A stretch of DNA of 64,000 nucleotides from Octopus sinensis (Eukaryota). Positions within the stretch are counted from its first letter, which is position 1. Each line of letters begins with the position of its first letter. The notes beneath the pieces were generated by a model, which was not told where the DNA came from, searched no databases, and was given only the letters and a program-made list of their open reading frames with translations. Both the position numbers and the translations under genes were made by a program. Location: contig NC_042999.1 in NCBI RefSeq assembly GCF_006345805.1, positions 108,128,001 to 108,192,000 of the forward strand, written 5' to 3'. Shown here one piece after another: positions 24,653-38,466 of the stretch.

Positions 24653-26334
24653 GTCTTGTGAATATACTTCTGCTAAAGGAGGGAGTGGAAAACCATAAAT
24701 GAAAGAACTGAGTAACATAAAGAATTGAAAGAGGTGAAGATGGAGTAAGACATGATAACTAATGACATCATGTAAGATGAAAAGAAAAATTGATTCCCTG
24801 TGCAATAAAGACCTTCTTAGGTTATGAATCATGATGGCTAAGTAACTTAGCCATCTCTCTTGTTTCTTATTTTTGAGTGGAAATTGAGCAGGGGAATAAA
24901 TCATGTGTATGAGCAAAGAGGAGGTGATTTGTATGTACAATTGTACAATAGATGTATGTGTACACTCACACATACATACACATTGATTTTATATATATAG
25001 CTATTACATACATATTATATACATACACATGGGTATTGATTATGTATAAATATATATAGAAAGCTATTATATATATTTATATATTTATTGGCTTATATGT
25101 GTGTGTAGTAATTGATTTTGTTATCCCAAGATGTTAGAAGCAAAAACACAGACAAATATTGAAGAAAGCTAAGATCTTGAAATAATTTCTCATCAACCAA
25201 AATAGTCTTTGACATTATTACACTTGACATTTTTATTGCTTGAAGGAAAATATAATATCACCAGTTTTATCCTTATCGTTAAAATCTTAGTTTAGATGGT
25301 CTTAAGTGATTATCATAGCAAAATAGTTTTTTAATTTTAATTGTAATGGCCATATTTGTGTAATGGACCATTTGTTGCCTAAAATGATTGTTTTCATAAC
25401 TAAGTTCTTCACATGCTTTTTACATTAGCCTTTGACATCATCATCATCATCATCATATGTATTTTTGTTTTTATTATACTTCAGTTAATTTACTCTTTTC
25501 TTATCTGTTTAATTCATATTTTAACAGTCACATGCTACTAATAAATGTTTAGAGAATTTCAATTTTTCACATTTTTGCATTTTTATGCACATAAAATTTT
25601 GACATTCAAACATTTGTTATTTAGCTTTAAAAAATATTATTCAAGTCTATCTATTTCAATGTGCAAAGCAGGTCACTAGTATTTTCATAACATTTTCAGC
25701 ATTAAATCAATTATAAACTTTACAGTTGTTAAGATTTCATTTAAATTAGTGTTCAGCTTCTTTTCTCTGAATATAGATCATCAATGTAAAACAATTAAGT
25801 TTGCGTTTCATTTTGAATTCAATACTTGAGGATTAAACAGGAAATCAAGGCTTATTTTTTCAAATCACATAAATTAATTTTCATACAAGCTTAATACTGC
25901 TACCTTTGTTAACTTAATGAGCAAAGCATTTCCTAAATGATGTGATAGATATGATATGGTAGTTACAACAGTCTTACAACTGTAAAGTTATTTTCTATAA
26001 AATTGTGAGCTATGAAATGAAAACCAATATTAGAGATACTTTTCCTGTTCAGAATTAGAATACCAATACATTTAGAACACAAGAGTATACTGGTCGTCAG
26101 TAGCTTAACATAGTTCTATTATCAATAAGACAGAATTACTTTAACAAAGATCAATGTGTGTACATTGCGAAAGTAATTGCTACACATGGATGAGTTCTTG
26201 CATGTGGGAAAAATCCAAATAATAAATACCCAAATTACCTCCGCCACACACACACATACGCACATAGAGATATATATGTTTATATTCATAATAATATAAT
26301 AATAACAATAATATATGTATATATAATAATACTA

Positions 26335-26712
26335 TAGGAGTGGCTGTGTGGTAAGAAGCTTGCTTCCCAACCACATGGTTCTGGGTTCAGTCCCACTGCA
26401 TGGCACCTTGGGGAAGTGTCTTCCACTATAGCCTTGGGCCAACCAAAGCCTTCTGAGTGGATTGGGTAGATAGAAACTGAAAAGAAGCCCATCATATATA
26501 TATTTATATATTTGTGTGTTTGTGTTTGTCCCCCTACCATTGCTTGACAACCAATGTCGGTTTGTTTATGTACCTGTAACTTAGTGGTTTGGCAAAAGAG
26601 ACTGTTAGAATAAGTACTAGGCATACAAAGAATAAGTCCTAGGGTTGATTTGTTTGACTAAACATGGTGCTTCAGTATGGCTGCTATCAAATGACTGAAA
26701 CAAGTAAAAGAA
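26335..26712 (+). mobile_element. Full-length SINE family A copy
   Basis: taggagtggctgtgtggtaag head through atcaaatgactgaaacaagtaaaaga tail. Confidence 0.92.
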
Positions 26713-27812
26713 TATCGATAGACAGATAGATAACATATTTGTGTTTTGAATATAGTTCTTCATGGCAAAGGGACATAACATATTACAACTGACTAAACTT
26801 GTCTAAATTACTATTAGACATCTTTGAGTTTATTTGAGCTCGTTTACTAAGGACAGAACTGAAACGCTGCAATTATGTAGCTCATTCAGTGCCTTTTACT
26901 TACATTACATGGGTTTTGCGTATTATATCTCTCTGGGCGTATTGTTAATATTTGCACCATGTAAACCTGATGTTTTGTTAAAATAAGGATGTGTGAGGAA
27001 AATTTGTTACCTGCATACATAGAAAATTATGAATAAAAAGTTAGCAGCTGTAATCAAATTAAATTTGAGGCTATAGAAATACATAATTATTACATGAATG
27101 TATGGTTTCAGAACATGGAAATTACAAATAAAAAAGGAAAAAACAAGTGATTGGATGGCCTATCATATTCTGCTTATAAAAACTATTCATATAAAAAGAT
27201 ATAAAAATCCTGAAGTTATAGAATAATCTTCAATCTCAAACCTTAGGGAAATTTTTTTTTTTTTTATTCAGAATGATTAATTGCAATATGTTTGTAGTGT
27301 ATTCAATTATCAGCTATGACAGAATTAGTTGATTCCTGATCATAATTGATTAAGCTATCTTAAGATAGAGCTGATATTTGAAATCCCCATAATTTTTATA
27401 GACAATTTCAAATTTATTGTTAATTAAAGTTGTAATTGCTAATAATATTACACTGTCTTGAAGATATAGATTTTAGTTTAAGTATAAATTTGTTAAATTT
27501 ATATACTTTATTTATATGATTCCATGTTGAAATTGGGTTTTAATTTTTCAAGTGAGAAGAGGAGAAAAGAATCATCTACTAAATAATCAGCATTCTTCGT
27601 TGTTCAGTAATTCTTCATCTGTTTTCTTTCTTTTCTTTTTTTTATAGAACAAAACCAAACATGAATTCTTTGTGGTCATTGCTATCAGAATATAAATAAG
27701 AGTGAAAACTCATTCATAGGTTTTGTTCTTAAATGAGGCAAGATATTTGCCAAATTCTGAAATTCTTAGAAGTTTCGAAGATTAGTGATTAAATTTCTTC
27801 ATATATTAATTT

Positions 27813-27876
27813 TTTTCTTTTTCTTTTCTTTTTTTTCTTTTTCTTTTCTTTTTCTTTTCTTTTTCTTTTTTTTTTT
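27813..27876. repeat. (TTTTC)n pyrimidine tract
   Basis: Seen directly. Confidence 0.85.
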
Positions 27877-28496
27877 GGAACAATCAGACTTGAAGTAGAA
27901 AGCTATAAAAAACAGCTTTTAAGTTTTAGGTTAAAACCACTTGGATAATAAAAGTCAAAAGCTACCTGTGGACAGTCCAAAGGATTTTTTTAAACCTAAT
28001 ATTTACATGCTATTATTTACAGCTTATCTACTCCAAGACCCAACATTCCAAAAGCAAATTATTTCATGTTCTCTTAAAGTTTAAACATTCTTATGACATC
28101 TTTGTATATATTTATATAAAATAAGATGAGATTTTCTGATATTAACTACCAGTATATTGCATCATTGTGGTTCACAGTAATAAGGACATGATCCATCTAT
28201 ATAATCCATGAAATGCAATAAACATGGTCAAAATTCATGTAGGGTTGTGTGATATTGAATAATTTTACCAGTTATTAAGTTCACTGTCTTATCTTGGAAA
28301 TATTATACATAGTAATATGGTCTCCTTCTCTCTGGAATTTTTTTTAAAGGTGCTACTAAGCATGCTATCTCAGTTGTTAGTTCTTGGAATATGTTGGATC
28401 ACTATATATAAGATACTTAGAATTAGGGCATATTTCGGTGTGTGTGTATGTCTATGTATGAGTGTGTATCTATATACATATATATATATATATATA

Positions 28497-28552
28497 AAAT
28501 ATAAATTAAAAACAGTGCGATATCCTTTGTGTTCTGTTTTTAATTTATATTT
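28497..28552. other. Perfect 19-bp inverted repeat with an 18-nt loop
   Basis: aaatataaattaaaaacag (28497-28515) and ctgtttttaatttatattt (28534-28552) are exact reverse complements. Confidence 0.9.
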
Positions 28553-28629
28553 GATATATTCTCTCACTTCTGCCACTATCCGGCGTATACAGGTGCTTAC
28601 ACTTATCAAGTATTCACTCTAAATTTATA

Positions 28630-28630
28630 G

Positions 28631-28727
<97 letters not shown>
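28630..28727. repeat. (TA)n(CA)n(TA)n compound microsatellite
   Basis: Seen directly. Confidence 0.95.
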
Positions 28728-28729
<2 letters not shown>

Positions 28730-29944
28730 AGAGAAAGAGAGCAAACCAGTCTTTGCACATACAAGAATATAACCATAAAGCACTTGTGTAAAACAATCAT
28801 ACAAGAAATTCATAGATAAACCTCGTGAAGAGATGATTTTTTAATTCAGACTAAAAATAATATTGAGAATATCTAATGAAGGTCAAAATAAAAAAAAAAA
28901 GGTTATCAATATCATGGGAGATTGGTGAGACCTATTTTTACATTATTTATCTCTACTATATTTCAATTTCTGCCTTGGAAATATAGCATTTTAAAATAAT
29001 GAATTAAAAATATCAAAGTAACCGAATTTAAAAGCTTCATATTTTCTCATGTGAAATGTACTTCAAAACTGCTTGTTCATGCAACTTGTACACTAATAGT
29101 GAGTCAGATATAGTACTGAACTCAACCTATAAAATATTTTGTGATTTGTGCTGTTTTGCTGTGATTGATGACATGAGAAAAGAAGAACTTTGTTGTGATA
29201 TACTTCATGCATTCATACTGTGTTATGCTTAACACATTTGTGATATGCTTTAGACTAAATGAACTTTGCTGACATAAACTTGTTTCTTCAAATGTCAGTG
29301 AAGCATATACAGATAAGTTGGATATGAACATGCACATTAGTGCAAAGTATATAAATGGAAATTGTAACAATTCGAAGATTACAGTCAATAAATTCTGATT
29401 AGTTTAGACAAATAATATGATGGACTTGATGGGGAAAAAATGTTTTATTACTTGTACAGTTAAAACCAATTTGCTGTATTCAACTGAGCTATGATAGTAA
29501 TTCAATTCCATTCCAATCCATTGAGTCAACTCTAAATTTTCCAAATTGCTAGAGGATTTATTTATAAATTCCAAAACAACTATCCAACCAGAGTTTACTT
29601 TCTTCAGCTGGATAAGAAATATACTTTTACAGGGAAGAAGCAAGAATTGATTGACTAACTAAAGATATTCACAGACAGAATGATATGGAATTATAATAGA
29701 GAAAATTGCAGTCAATGAAAGGCTAAAGAATATAAACAGAGAAGCAAATCTCTTTAGATAGGTGTTCTGATGCAGATTGAGGAACAGCAACTAAGGTCAG
29801 GTAGAGAGTAAGTTGTTTAATCAAAATATAAATAAAATCGAAATATATAGGAATAAATATTTTGTCAGGAAACATTTCTTGAGAGAAACAGGAAATTTGA
29901 TACTTTAAAGAGATTATGTGCATGAGCACATGTGTGAATATATA

Positions 29945-30140
29945 GGTGTTTGTATGTGTGTGTGTTTATAAATTTATATATATACACATACACACACACA
30001 CTTACATGTGTGTATGTTTATATATACGCACGCATGTACATACACAGATACATATGTGTATGAGTGAGTGTAAATACACACACACACATATATATATATG
30101 TATGTATGTATGTATGTGTATATGTGCATGTATATATTTT
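29945..30140. repeat. Degenerate TG/CA/TA compound microsatellite
   Basis: Seen directly. Confidence 0.9.
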
Positions 30141-30197
30141 TTTCACACACTAAGAGGAATACTTATAGATTTTAAAGAACAACACACTTGACCATAC

Positions 30198-30276
30198 TTG
30201 CATTCATTAAACAAGATTCTTTCAAGCAGATTTTCTGTGACCAAATGCTCTTCCTGTTGCCAATCTTCACCTATTC
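30198..30276 (-). CDS. Candidate 79-nt exon (IGEDWQQEEHLVTENLLERILFNEC)
   Basis: Acceptor gatatgttaccttgcttag| and donor GCAA|gtatgg, with an open frame of protein-like composition. No homolog recognised. Confidence 0.3.
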
Positions 30277-31859
30277 CTAAGCAAGGTAACATATCACTTA
30301 GTACTTAAGAACATGTGCAGCCCAGTAGCTAGACAGGCTTTCATAGAAGATTGCAAATGAACACTGATTTTATGATCATGACGTTTGTTTAGAATTACAT
30401 AATGTCAAAACAAAGGAAAATACACACACACACACAAAATCTGTATTTAAATGCTATCATAAAGGGAAAATAGAATTAAGAAGTGCAAGCTGAAATGCAA
30501 AATGAAGAATATAAAGGAATTTGGTTGGAAATTTCATGTCTAGGGCATAGATAGAAAGATTCAGATTGTCTAAAACTTCAGATAATGATAAGAATGAAAG
30601 GCTGAAAACACTGTGGATGGGTGAATGTGTGAGTGTGTGTGTGCATGTACACGTTTGCATGTGTGTGTGCGTGCACATATGTGTGTACGTGTGCACATGT
30701 GTGTACGTGTGCACAAGCATGCATGTGTGTGTGTATTAGACATCTATCTAGTTTATTGTTTATTCAGTTGCCTTGCCTCTAGATAAAACCTTGTTCTATC
30801 CATTTCAAAGATTTTCCTGAACATCAGCTCTTGTCACTTTCAATATAATCTCTGGACTGTAGATATTCTCTTGTACCAGTTATTGTTAGTAGTTTTATTC
30901 TCCTCTTATTTCTACTGTGATTGATTATTCAGATATCTCAGATGCTCTTTTCTTTTTCTCCTTTTTTTTTATTTCTTTTTCTCTTATTTTCTTGTTCTTA
31001 TTCTTCATCTTCGTCTTCTTTTTCGTACTATTGTAGTTAGAATTCATCTTAGTTATTTGTTTCAGACAAGAGTGAATATTGATGCAAAGTTTTTCACATT
31101 TCCTTACACTGATGGCAAAATCCCATATTTTTCTTTTCTATCTGATTTCTTACTCAGTTTTACTTTAATGCTTCATTGTATCATACCATCTTCCTAATCT
31201 CTTCATTTGTAGAACTAACTTACCTTTCTTTCTCTTTAATTTTTTTTTACTTGGAGTCTCTCATGTACTTAGATTAAGTTGCTATATTATGCAATCAAAA
31301 TCTTTTAATGATTTTTCTTCTATATATTTACTTTCACAGATGATGTATATGTTTGGGTGGTTGGGTGTTTTCAATTTTATGTTTGTGACAGACAATCCTA
31401 TAAATAATGCCATTTTCTATAAACATAAAATTTAAATATTCCTGTTTAGATTTTCTACAAAAATCGTATGTAGAGGAATATTCATAAAGTCCTTTTATAT
31501 ATTGATAATTAATGTTTATCTCCACTTAAGTATAGGTGTTCTTTAAGAATAGACAATACTGCTATTTTAACCCCAGGTGGATGCTTCCTCCAGTTGGCTA
31601 TTCGGTGTGCTTTGCACTTGATAAATATTGCAAGTAGGGTGACAAGTAAAATAGTGTTCTGTGAAAATTCATTTTTATAATGATGTGTTGATTTTTTTTT
31701 ATCCAATAAGTATGTGTTGTTTCATTCTTTTTCAGTTAAGATATTGATTCCTTTAAATCTAGATTTATATTTCAAAACATGAATCAGTGATCCTTCTTGA
31801 GCCATAGGCTCATTAATCCTGGATTCTGTGGTGTATATCTCTTCCCCTTCACTCGAGAC

Positions 31860-32020
31860 ACCTGTCTGCCATAAGATTATTCATTTTTGCCAGGCAAGTG
31901 AAGTGCAGCAAGTGAAACAAAATGTTTTGCTCAAGGACATAATACATCATTCAGTGCAAGAATCGAAACCACAATCTTACAAACATGAGTGCAACACCCT
32001 AACCATTAAGCCACATGCTA
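31860..32020 (-). mobile_element. Degenerate SINE family C copy
   Basis: tcatttttgccag...ttttgctcaagga...gaatcgaaaccacaatctt...caccctaaccattaagccacatg matches the 34347 and 56100 copies. Confidence 0.8.
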
Positions 32021-32417
32021 CCATAGATTTACATTCACTCCTTGGAAATAGTGGCATCAGTTATAATCTGTGAATATTGAAGGATGGGTTGATATTTCAT
32101 AGATACTTACCATTAATCTTGCAGAAGACTGTATTTGCACCATGCTACATTGATTGATATTCAATATATCTTTGTTCTGGGGAAGTTATCGTTTTCATTG
32201 AAGTGCTCTTATTGTTTTAGATATTTGGTCTGCTATTAAACACAATATCAGACTACCAGGAACAACTTTGAAGAATGTTTTACCTCTTATAAAAGTTTAA
32301 TTCGAAATAAAAGAAATGGAATATTTCGAAGTTCATTTCATAGGTTGACGTAACTTTACCACACTTTTTATGAGTGTCTATGAGTGTGTGTGTGTGTACA
32401 TAATTTTATCTTTATCT

Positions 32418-32782
32418 TCTCTTATTTACTTGTACCAGTCATTGGACTGCAGCCTTGAAGGGTTTCTTGAACAAACCAACATGAGTACTTACTTTATAAA
32501 CTGCTCCTTAATCTGTTGGTAATTTTTTCAAACAACTAAGTTATGGTGGTGTAAACAAACCAGTACCAGTTATCAAGTGGTGTTTAGGAAAGAAATACAA
32601 CATAAATACAAAGACACACACACACACATACATATATATATATATGATGGGCTACTTTCAGTTTGTGTGCTAAATATATCCACTAGGCTTTGGTCAGCCC
32701 AGGGCTTGTAGAAGTTGCTGTGCAGGGGGACTGAACTTGAAACCACATGGTTGGGAAGCAAGCTTCTTAACTAAACAGCCAT
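32418..32782 (-). mobile_element. Degenerate SINE family A copy
   Basis: Tail tatttacttgtaccagtcattggactgcagc through head ggactgaacttgaaaccacatggttgggaagc. Confidence 0.8.
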
Positions 32783-34265
32783 ATGTACATGTATGTGCAC
32801 ATGCACACATACATATCTATTCATGTGTGTATCTACACTGTGTGTGTGTAGAGAGAGAGAGAGAGAGACAGGCAGACAGATACAGATATTAATAGATATT
32901 TTTGTATTCATATATGAAGTACAAACATTTTGTGTATCTTTTGTATAATAGTTGATGTTAATTCATTTTAAAAACCTAATCTATGTTGGCATCAATTATA
33001 GTTAAAAATTTTTGATATGTGACTTTGTACAATAGTGAAAATGTAATTAATACTGGAAATCATTACCACTTTGCTATGAATATAAATTTTGGATAAACAG
33101 ATCACAAATCCTGCAACATATATACAATTTTGTTTCTAAAAATCACGTTTCATATGAATTGTGTCTTTAAACTTGAAGCTAATTGATTGTCTCTCTCACA
33201 CATGCGATTTTGAGACGTTCATCACTGCTGCATGCTAAAAGCCCTTCAGTAATACTAATGGCATGATGAGGTAAGACTTGTGTGCCTAGGTAACAGTTAT
33301 ATTCTATGAATCTTGAATGGTGAGTTGGAAATTCATAGATGCTAAACATTAAATTTGTGGAGATGTTCATCCAAACCATGCTATAGTAGTAGAGGTTTTA
33401 AAATATATCTTCATACTTGGAAAATTACTGTTTACAGTGAAGTGGTTTCATTGCTTTATTGTTTTAGATATTTGATCGAATATTAAATCCAATATCTGAC
33501 TACCATGAAAATATTTGAAAAATGTGTTCCTTTTTTTATAAGAGATTAATTCAAATCAAAAGAGATAAAATATTCCCTGTTCTTTCTATAGTGTGTTGTT
33601 ATAGTTGAATGGCTTGCATGTAAGAAAGAAAAGCTTGCTAAAATGTTGGTGAAAATTATCCCGTTCCTTGATAGTATGAATATGGTGTTGATACTAAAAG
33701 TTTTGTGATCTACAGTTGTAAGTTTATGGAGAGAAATTGCTGGAATACAAACTGTATGTAAAATATATATATTCATCTATGGCCATATCACATTGAAATA
33801 ACCAGTTCACAATCAATCACTAATATTAAACAACATTGTGATTAGCTATCTTTATCTTGACATCACATGACTGTGGTAAATGGATTGCATTCATTACCAA
33901 TATTCTGTGTAAACATGCCTGGCCTTAGTTTGAAACAAGTAAGGGTTTAACAATAGAAAATATCTCTTGATAAATTAACCCATTCAAGTATAGAAAAGTA
34001 TAGAAAATTAACCCATAAGTATAGAAAAGTTCATGATTGTCATTTTAATGACCATGATGGATGGCAGCTATTTTTCAGAAATTTTAAAGGAAAAAAACAT
34101 TCACTGTTCAACTTAATGTAATCAGACTTAATGACATTCCACATCATTCCAGACAGATGAAAAAGAAAATCAAACAAACAAGTAAAGATAATTAAAAATT
34201 GAAAAAAAAAGGTTTATATCAATTCAATTCAAAAAATGTGAGATCAAGTTCTTAGAAATCTAAAT

Positions 34266-34299
<34 letters not shown>

Positions 34300-34597
34300 T
34301 TTTAGTTTCAGCTCAGAGCTGTGGCCATGCTGATGCACCGCCGTTGAAATAAATGTGCCCTTTTAAAGCCTAGTCAGGCTCGTGAGCCCAGTTTCCTGGT
34401 TTCAATGGCATGTGTGTTCCTCAGCCAGATGGGACACCAGTACATCACAGCATTACTCATTTTTGCCAGTTGAGTGGACTGGAGCAACATGAAATGAAGT
34501 GCTTTGCTCAAGAACACAACACATCGCTCAGTCCAGGAATCGAAACCACAATCTTATGATCATGATGCTAACACCCTAACCACTAAGTCACATGCCA
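34300..34597 (-). mobile_element. Full-length SINE family C copy with an L2-type tail, flanked on both sides by (TA)n
   Basis: Reverse complement of 56100-56350, plus the tail tttagtttcagctcagagctgtggccatgctg. (TA)n at 34268-34298 and 34614-34650. Confidence 0.88.
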
Positions 34598-34612
34598 GCC
34601 CTAAGGCTTTGG

Positions 34613-34653
<41 letters not shown>

Positions 34654-37449
34654 CCTACATGTATTGCTAAGATCATAGTCTGTTGAACTGGATATTCTAT
34701 GTTTATTGTTGTTCTGTAACTTATTGATCTGAGTCCAAATTTTATCTGGTTTGTTTTTCTGATTTCTTTACATTTGATAGAATAAGTATCAGTAACACAC
34801 TAATAGTATTACAAACAACTATTTCTCATTCCATGCAAAAATTAATCAAAAATTGAGATGAACAAAATTCTATACTTGTTATTGCACGGTTACTGACAAG
34901 GCACACTATCACCATAGCTTTTGGGTGGACCAATATCTTATGAGTGAAACTTGGTTGATGAAATACGTATGAAAGCCCATTTGGACTGTGTGTGTGTATG
35001 TAGAAAGATAGATACATAAACACACATCTATGTGTATATATATATATATATTCATACACACATATACTAATGATCCATATATGTGTGTGTGTATGTATTT
35101 CACCAGAATATATCGGCAATAAAAGTAAAAACTAATATTTTATGAATAAAGCCCTCTTAAATATTTATGCAGGCACTCCCCTGTCTCACTTGCAGTCAGA
35201 AATGCAGTGAACTATTGATTGGCCTGCTGGAAACTTGTATCCAAAGCTTGTATCCATTATTCTCCAACTACTTTATAAAATAAATAAATATATAAATAAA
35301 TAAAATAATAGTACAACTTCCTTGTGTACCTGATTTTTTTTTCCTTAACTCAACTTTGTGTTTGTATACACATCTATTTATGAACTTAGTTTGGAAGCTG
35401 TATATTGTAATATATAACATCTTTGTAAGAGAACTTTACCCAACAGGTTTGTAAAAAAAATGGTGTGTTTTTTAAATAAATGTATAAAAACATATTTTAG
35501 AAAATATCAGTCAACAAAATTTTAAATAATTCTCGGAAAAATAACGATGATATTTGTCAAATGCATTGGGAAAACAAAAATTTTCCAAGTAATGGATTTT
35601 AAGAATCTATTAACCGAAGCCATTTACTTCCAAACAAATTTGCCTCTTTTCTATTGACAAATATTGAAAGGAGTGTACCTCCTACTGTATTGATACTCTG
35701 ATTTAACCAGTGCAACTGTAATGTTCTCATGTTTATGGTGCATTCATCAAAATACAAGAAAAACTGTTTATATAGGCATTTTTAAGCTTCAGTTTCATTG
35801 ATATTCTTCTTGTGATTTATCTATAAACTTGACTTAAGACTACACGGAGAAGTGTTCTGAATTCTTATTGATTTTATTTAATGTGCTTCAATAAAGAACG
35901 TCTGTTAACATATTTCTAAATATTCATCTTTAATTTCTTTGTAACCTTTCCCAGCACTATATTTTGATAAGTCCATGGTAGGTTACACATATACTATTGA
36001 CATTAACAAGAATTTATCTGCTAAATTTATACTGCTCTAACCTTTGACAAGACAGTGGTATTTAAAACTTTGTCATCACTTTAACATGCAAAGTTCTGAA
36101 GTTTGTTCTGATTACTAAACACAGAGAAACATTTCTAAATCATTATTCAATCAAATTTGGAACTTCTTTTGAGAATTCAGACATCCATATTCTTTTGCAA
36201 TTTATGGTGGTTCTACAAATGACCTTTCAGCTATGATTCTTATCTTTGTTTGAGCCATTTGTCTGGTGTCCAGTTACATAATAGTTTTATTCATATAAAA
36301 TTTACCGAGAAAGCTTTAATGTAATGGAGCTGTGCCACTAGATATTCATTTTACTTGGTAAGCAAATCAGTGAAAATTTAATTTAACTAAAACATCTTTC
36401 TTATTTCCTTTCAGTAAGGTATTGTAAATAAACAAAACTGAATTATGTAATTTTATTATCTTCAGCTTTAATGGTTTTTTTCTTCTTTCTTTCTGAATTC
36501 TTGCTTATTTCCACTGAACTAAGTTATAAATTCTCTTTTGGCAATACTGTGACAAAAGAATGGCTTATCTTGTATATTAAGCATTTTGTGAAATGCATTT
36601 AGCCAATCATAACTGAGAGAACTGCACATGCATTCCATACTGTAAGCACTGTAGATTTCAATAAATGTCATTCTGACTTTCACTCAATGGTTTTATTTTT
36701 TATATATATAGACACAGATCTTCAGATTTATTAGGTAGGGGAGAGAAATAGGAAGTTGTGATGTACTTTCGTCTTGGATCTGAAAGTGTAGTGAATGAGA
36801 CAATTTAAATTGCCACTTGATAATAATTGAGCTGATCAGGGAGGGATTATTCTGATTAGATATCTTGGTAAATTTAACTCTTTGTGGAATAATTTTAACT
36901 GTCATTTGGTTATGTATTGATTATATTAGATATATTTTGTTTCGTTCAGCTATTGATTATTATAATAATTCTCATTCTATGAATAATTTTGATCTCTTTT
37001 GCTATATGTATATTAGCTATTATTATAAAAGAATCCATCATGTTGTTCCTTAATCAATTCTAATTTCCCCCAAGATAATTAAACTTATGTTAAGAGAAAG
37101 TGAATAAATTGCCAAGATATTTTCACCCATGAGAAATAGGAAGAATTATCAGCTTTGCCAATAAAAAATGCTGAGCTTGAATTTTAAATTCCTAGGGAAA
37201 AGAATTAAAAGCATGTTTAATAGTATCCCAAATCTTAAATTTGGAATAAATTATTGAATGCTGGTTTCATAATTTCTCCTATTAACTCTCTATTTTCCAT
37301 TTTCCCCTTCCTTAATGTTACCAAATTTTTATATTGTTAATGTTAAGATGCTTAACAGTTTTGTTTTCTTTTAAAACTATCTCCAACCAGAATTATGTCA
37401 GTTCATTTGATAGGAAAATTCACCTCTATTCCTTCTCTACATAATATTT

Positions 37450-37491
<42 letters not shown>

Positions 37492-37523
37492 CAGTTTTTT
37501 TTTACCTATTAAAATTGAGTAGA

Positions 37524-37690
37524 CATCATCATTATCATTTAACGTCCATGTTTCATGCTGGCATGGGTTGGATAATTTGACAGGATTTGATGTGTCCAAG
37601 GACTGCATTGAGTTTCACTGTCTGCTTTGACATGACTTTTATGGCTAGATGCCATAACACTAACCACTTTACAATGTTGTTGGCATTAGG
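37524..37690 (-). mobile_element. RTE-type 3' tail fragment
   Basis: catcatcattatcatttaacgtccatgtttcatgctggcatgggttgga is the reverse complement of the RTE tail. Confidence 0.75.
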
Positions 37691-37809
37691 AAGACAATGT
37701 ACAAGCAACAAGCAGATGAGTTATTTTTCATCTAAAGTCAGATATTATTCAAATTTTCTCCAGTTTACATAGTTTCTTTATCTGTTTACTAATCAGACTC
37801 TCAAATATC

Positions 37810-38060
37810 CTTGTTCACTGGCTGCAATGCTTTTCCATTCTTCCCTAGATTTTACCATTCTCTTCCAAAATTGTTTGACTAAGCCCTCTTCATATTAATT
37901 TATATGTCTTGCAAGTGGACTCTTCTGATTTTGTGGATACTACTTGACAACTGTATGGGTGGGTAGTCTGTGAATCTTGAGACATGTCCAGCCCGGCAAA
38001 ACTTGCATTTTCAGTATTTTGTGATAATGTCATTCAGTTCACTACATTCTCAACTTATTT
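37810..38060 (-). mobile_element. Degenerate RTE-clade ORF2 C-terminal fragment
   Basis: Minus frame ELNDII...KFCRAGHVSRFTD...REEWKSI resembles RTE motifs K..WAGHVAR.TD and R..WK. Confidence 0.5.
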
Positions 38061-38321
38061 TTGTATCATACTTCATCTTAGAAGCACCAAAATTTTTACT
38101 TTCAATATGCCTTTTTTTTTTTTTAACTACTTAAGAGAGGACAAAGAGTAGCACATATAATCTTTCACATATCCTCAATGTCTGGTGATAGGAAGAGAGA
38201 AAATTATCCTCAGGCCAGAAGCTATGAAGTAAACTATACTTAAGCCATCTGCTTGCCTGGAGGTAACATTAAACTGAATGATGGATTAAGTCTATCATGC
38301 AAAATAAAGAACTTTTGATTC

Positions 38322-38466
38322 GATTCCATACAGTTTCTGTAAGCCAAATTTCAGTCACAAAGCTTTGGTAAATCTGTGGTTATGGTAGATAACATTTTAC
38401 CAAAACACCACGCTGTGGGATTGAACTCACAGTCAAATAGTTGCAAAACAAATTTCTTAATAACAG
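38322..38466 (-). mobile_element. Highly degenerate SINE family A 5' part
   Basis: cagtttctgtaagccaaatttcagtcacaaagctttgg...ccacgctgtgggattgaac. Confidence 0.6.

Noticed and set aside
27004-27040. Minus-strand polypyrimidine tract + CAG|GTAAC, resembling a recursive splice site
   Set aside because: A single instance with a suboptimal donor, and the host-gene strand is unknown. Such motifs are expected by chance in AT-rich DNA.
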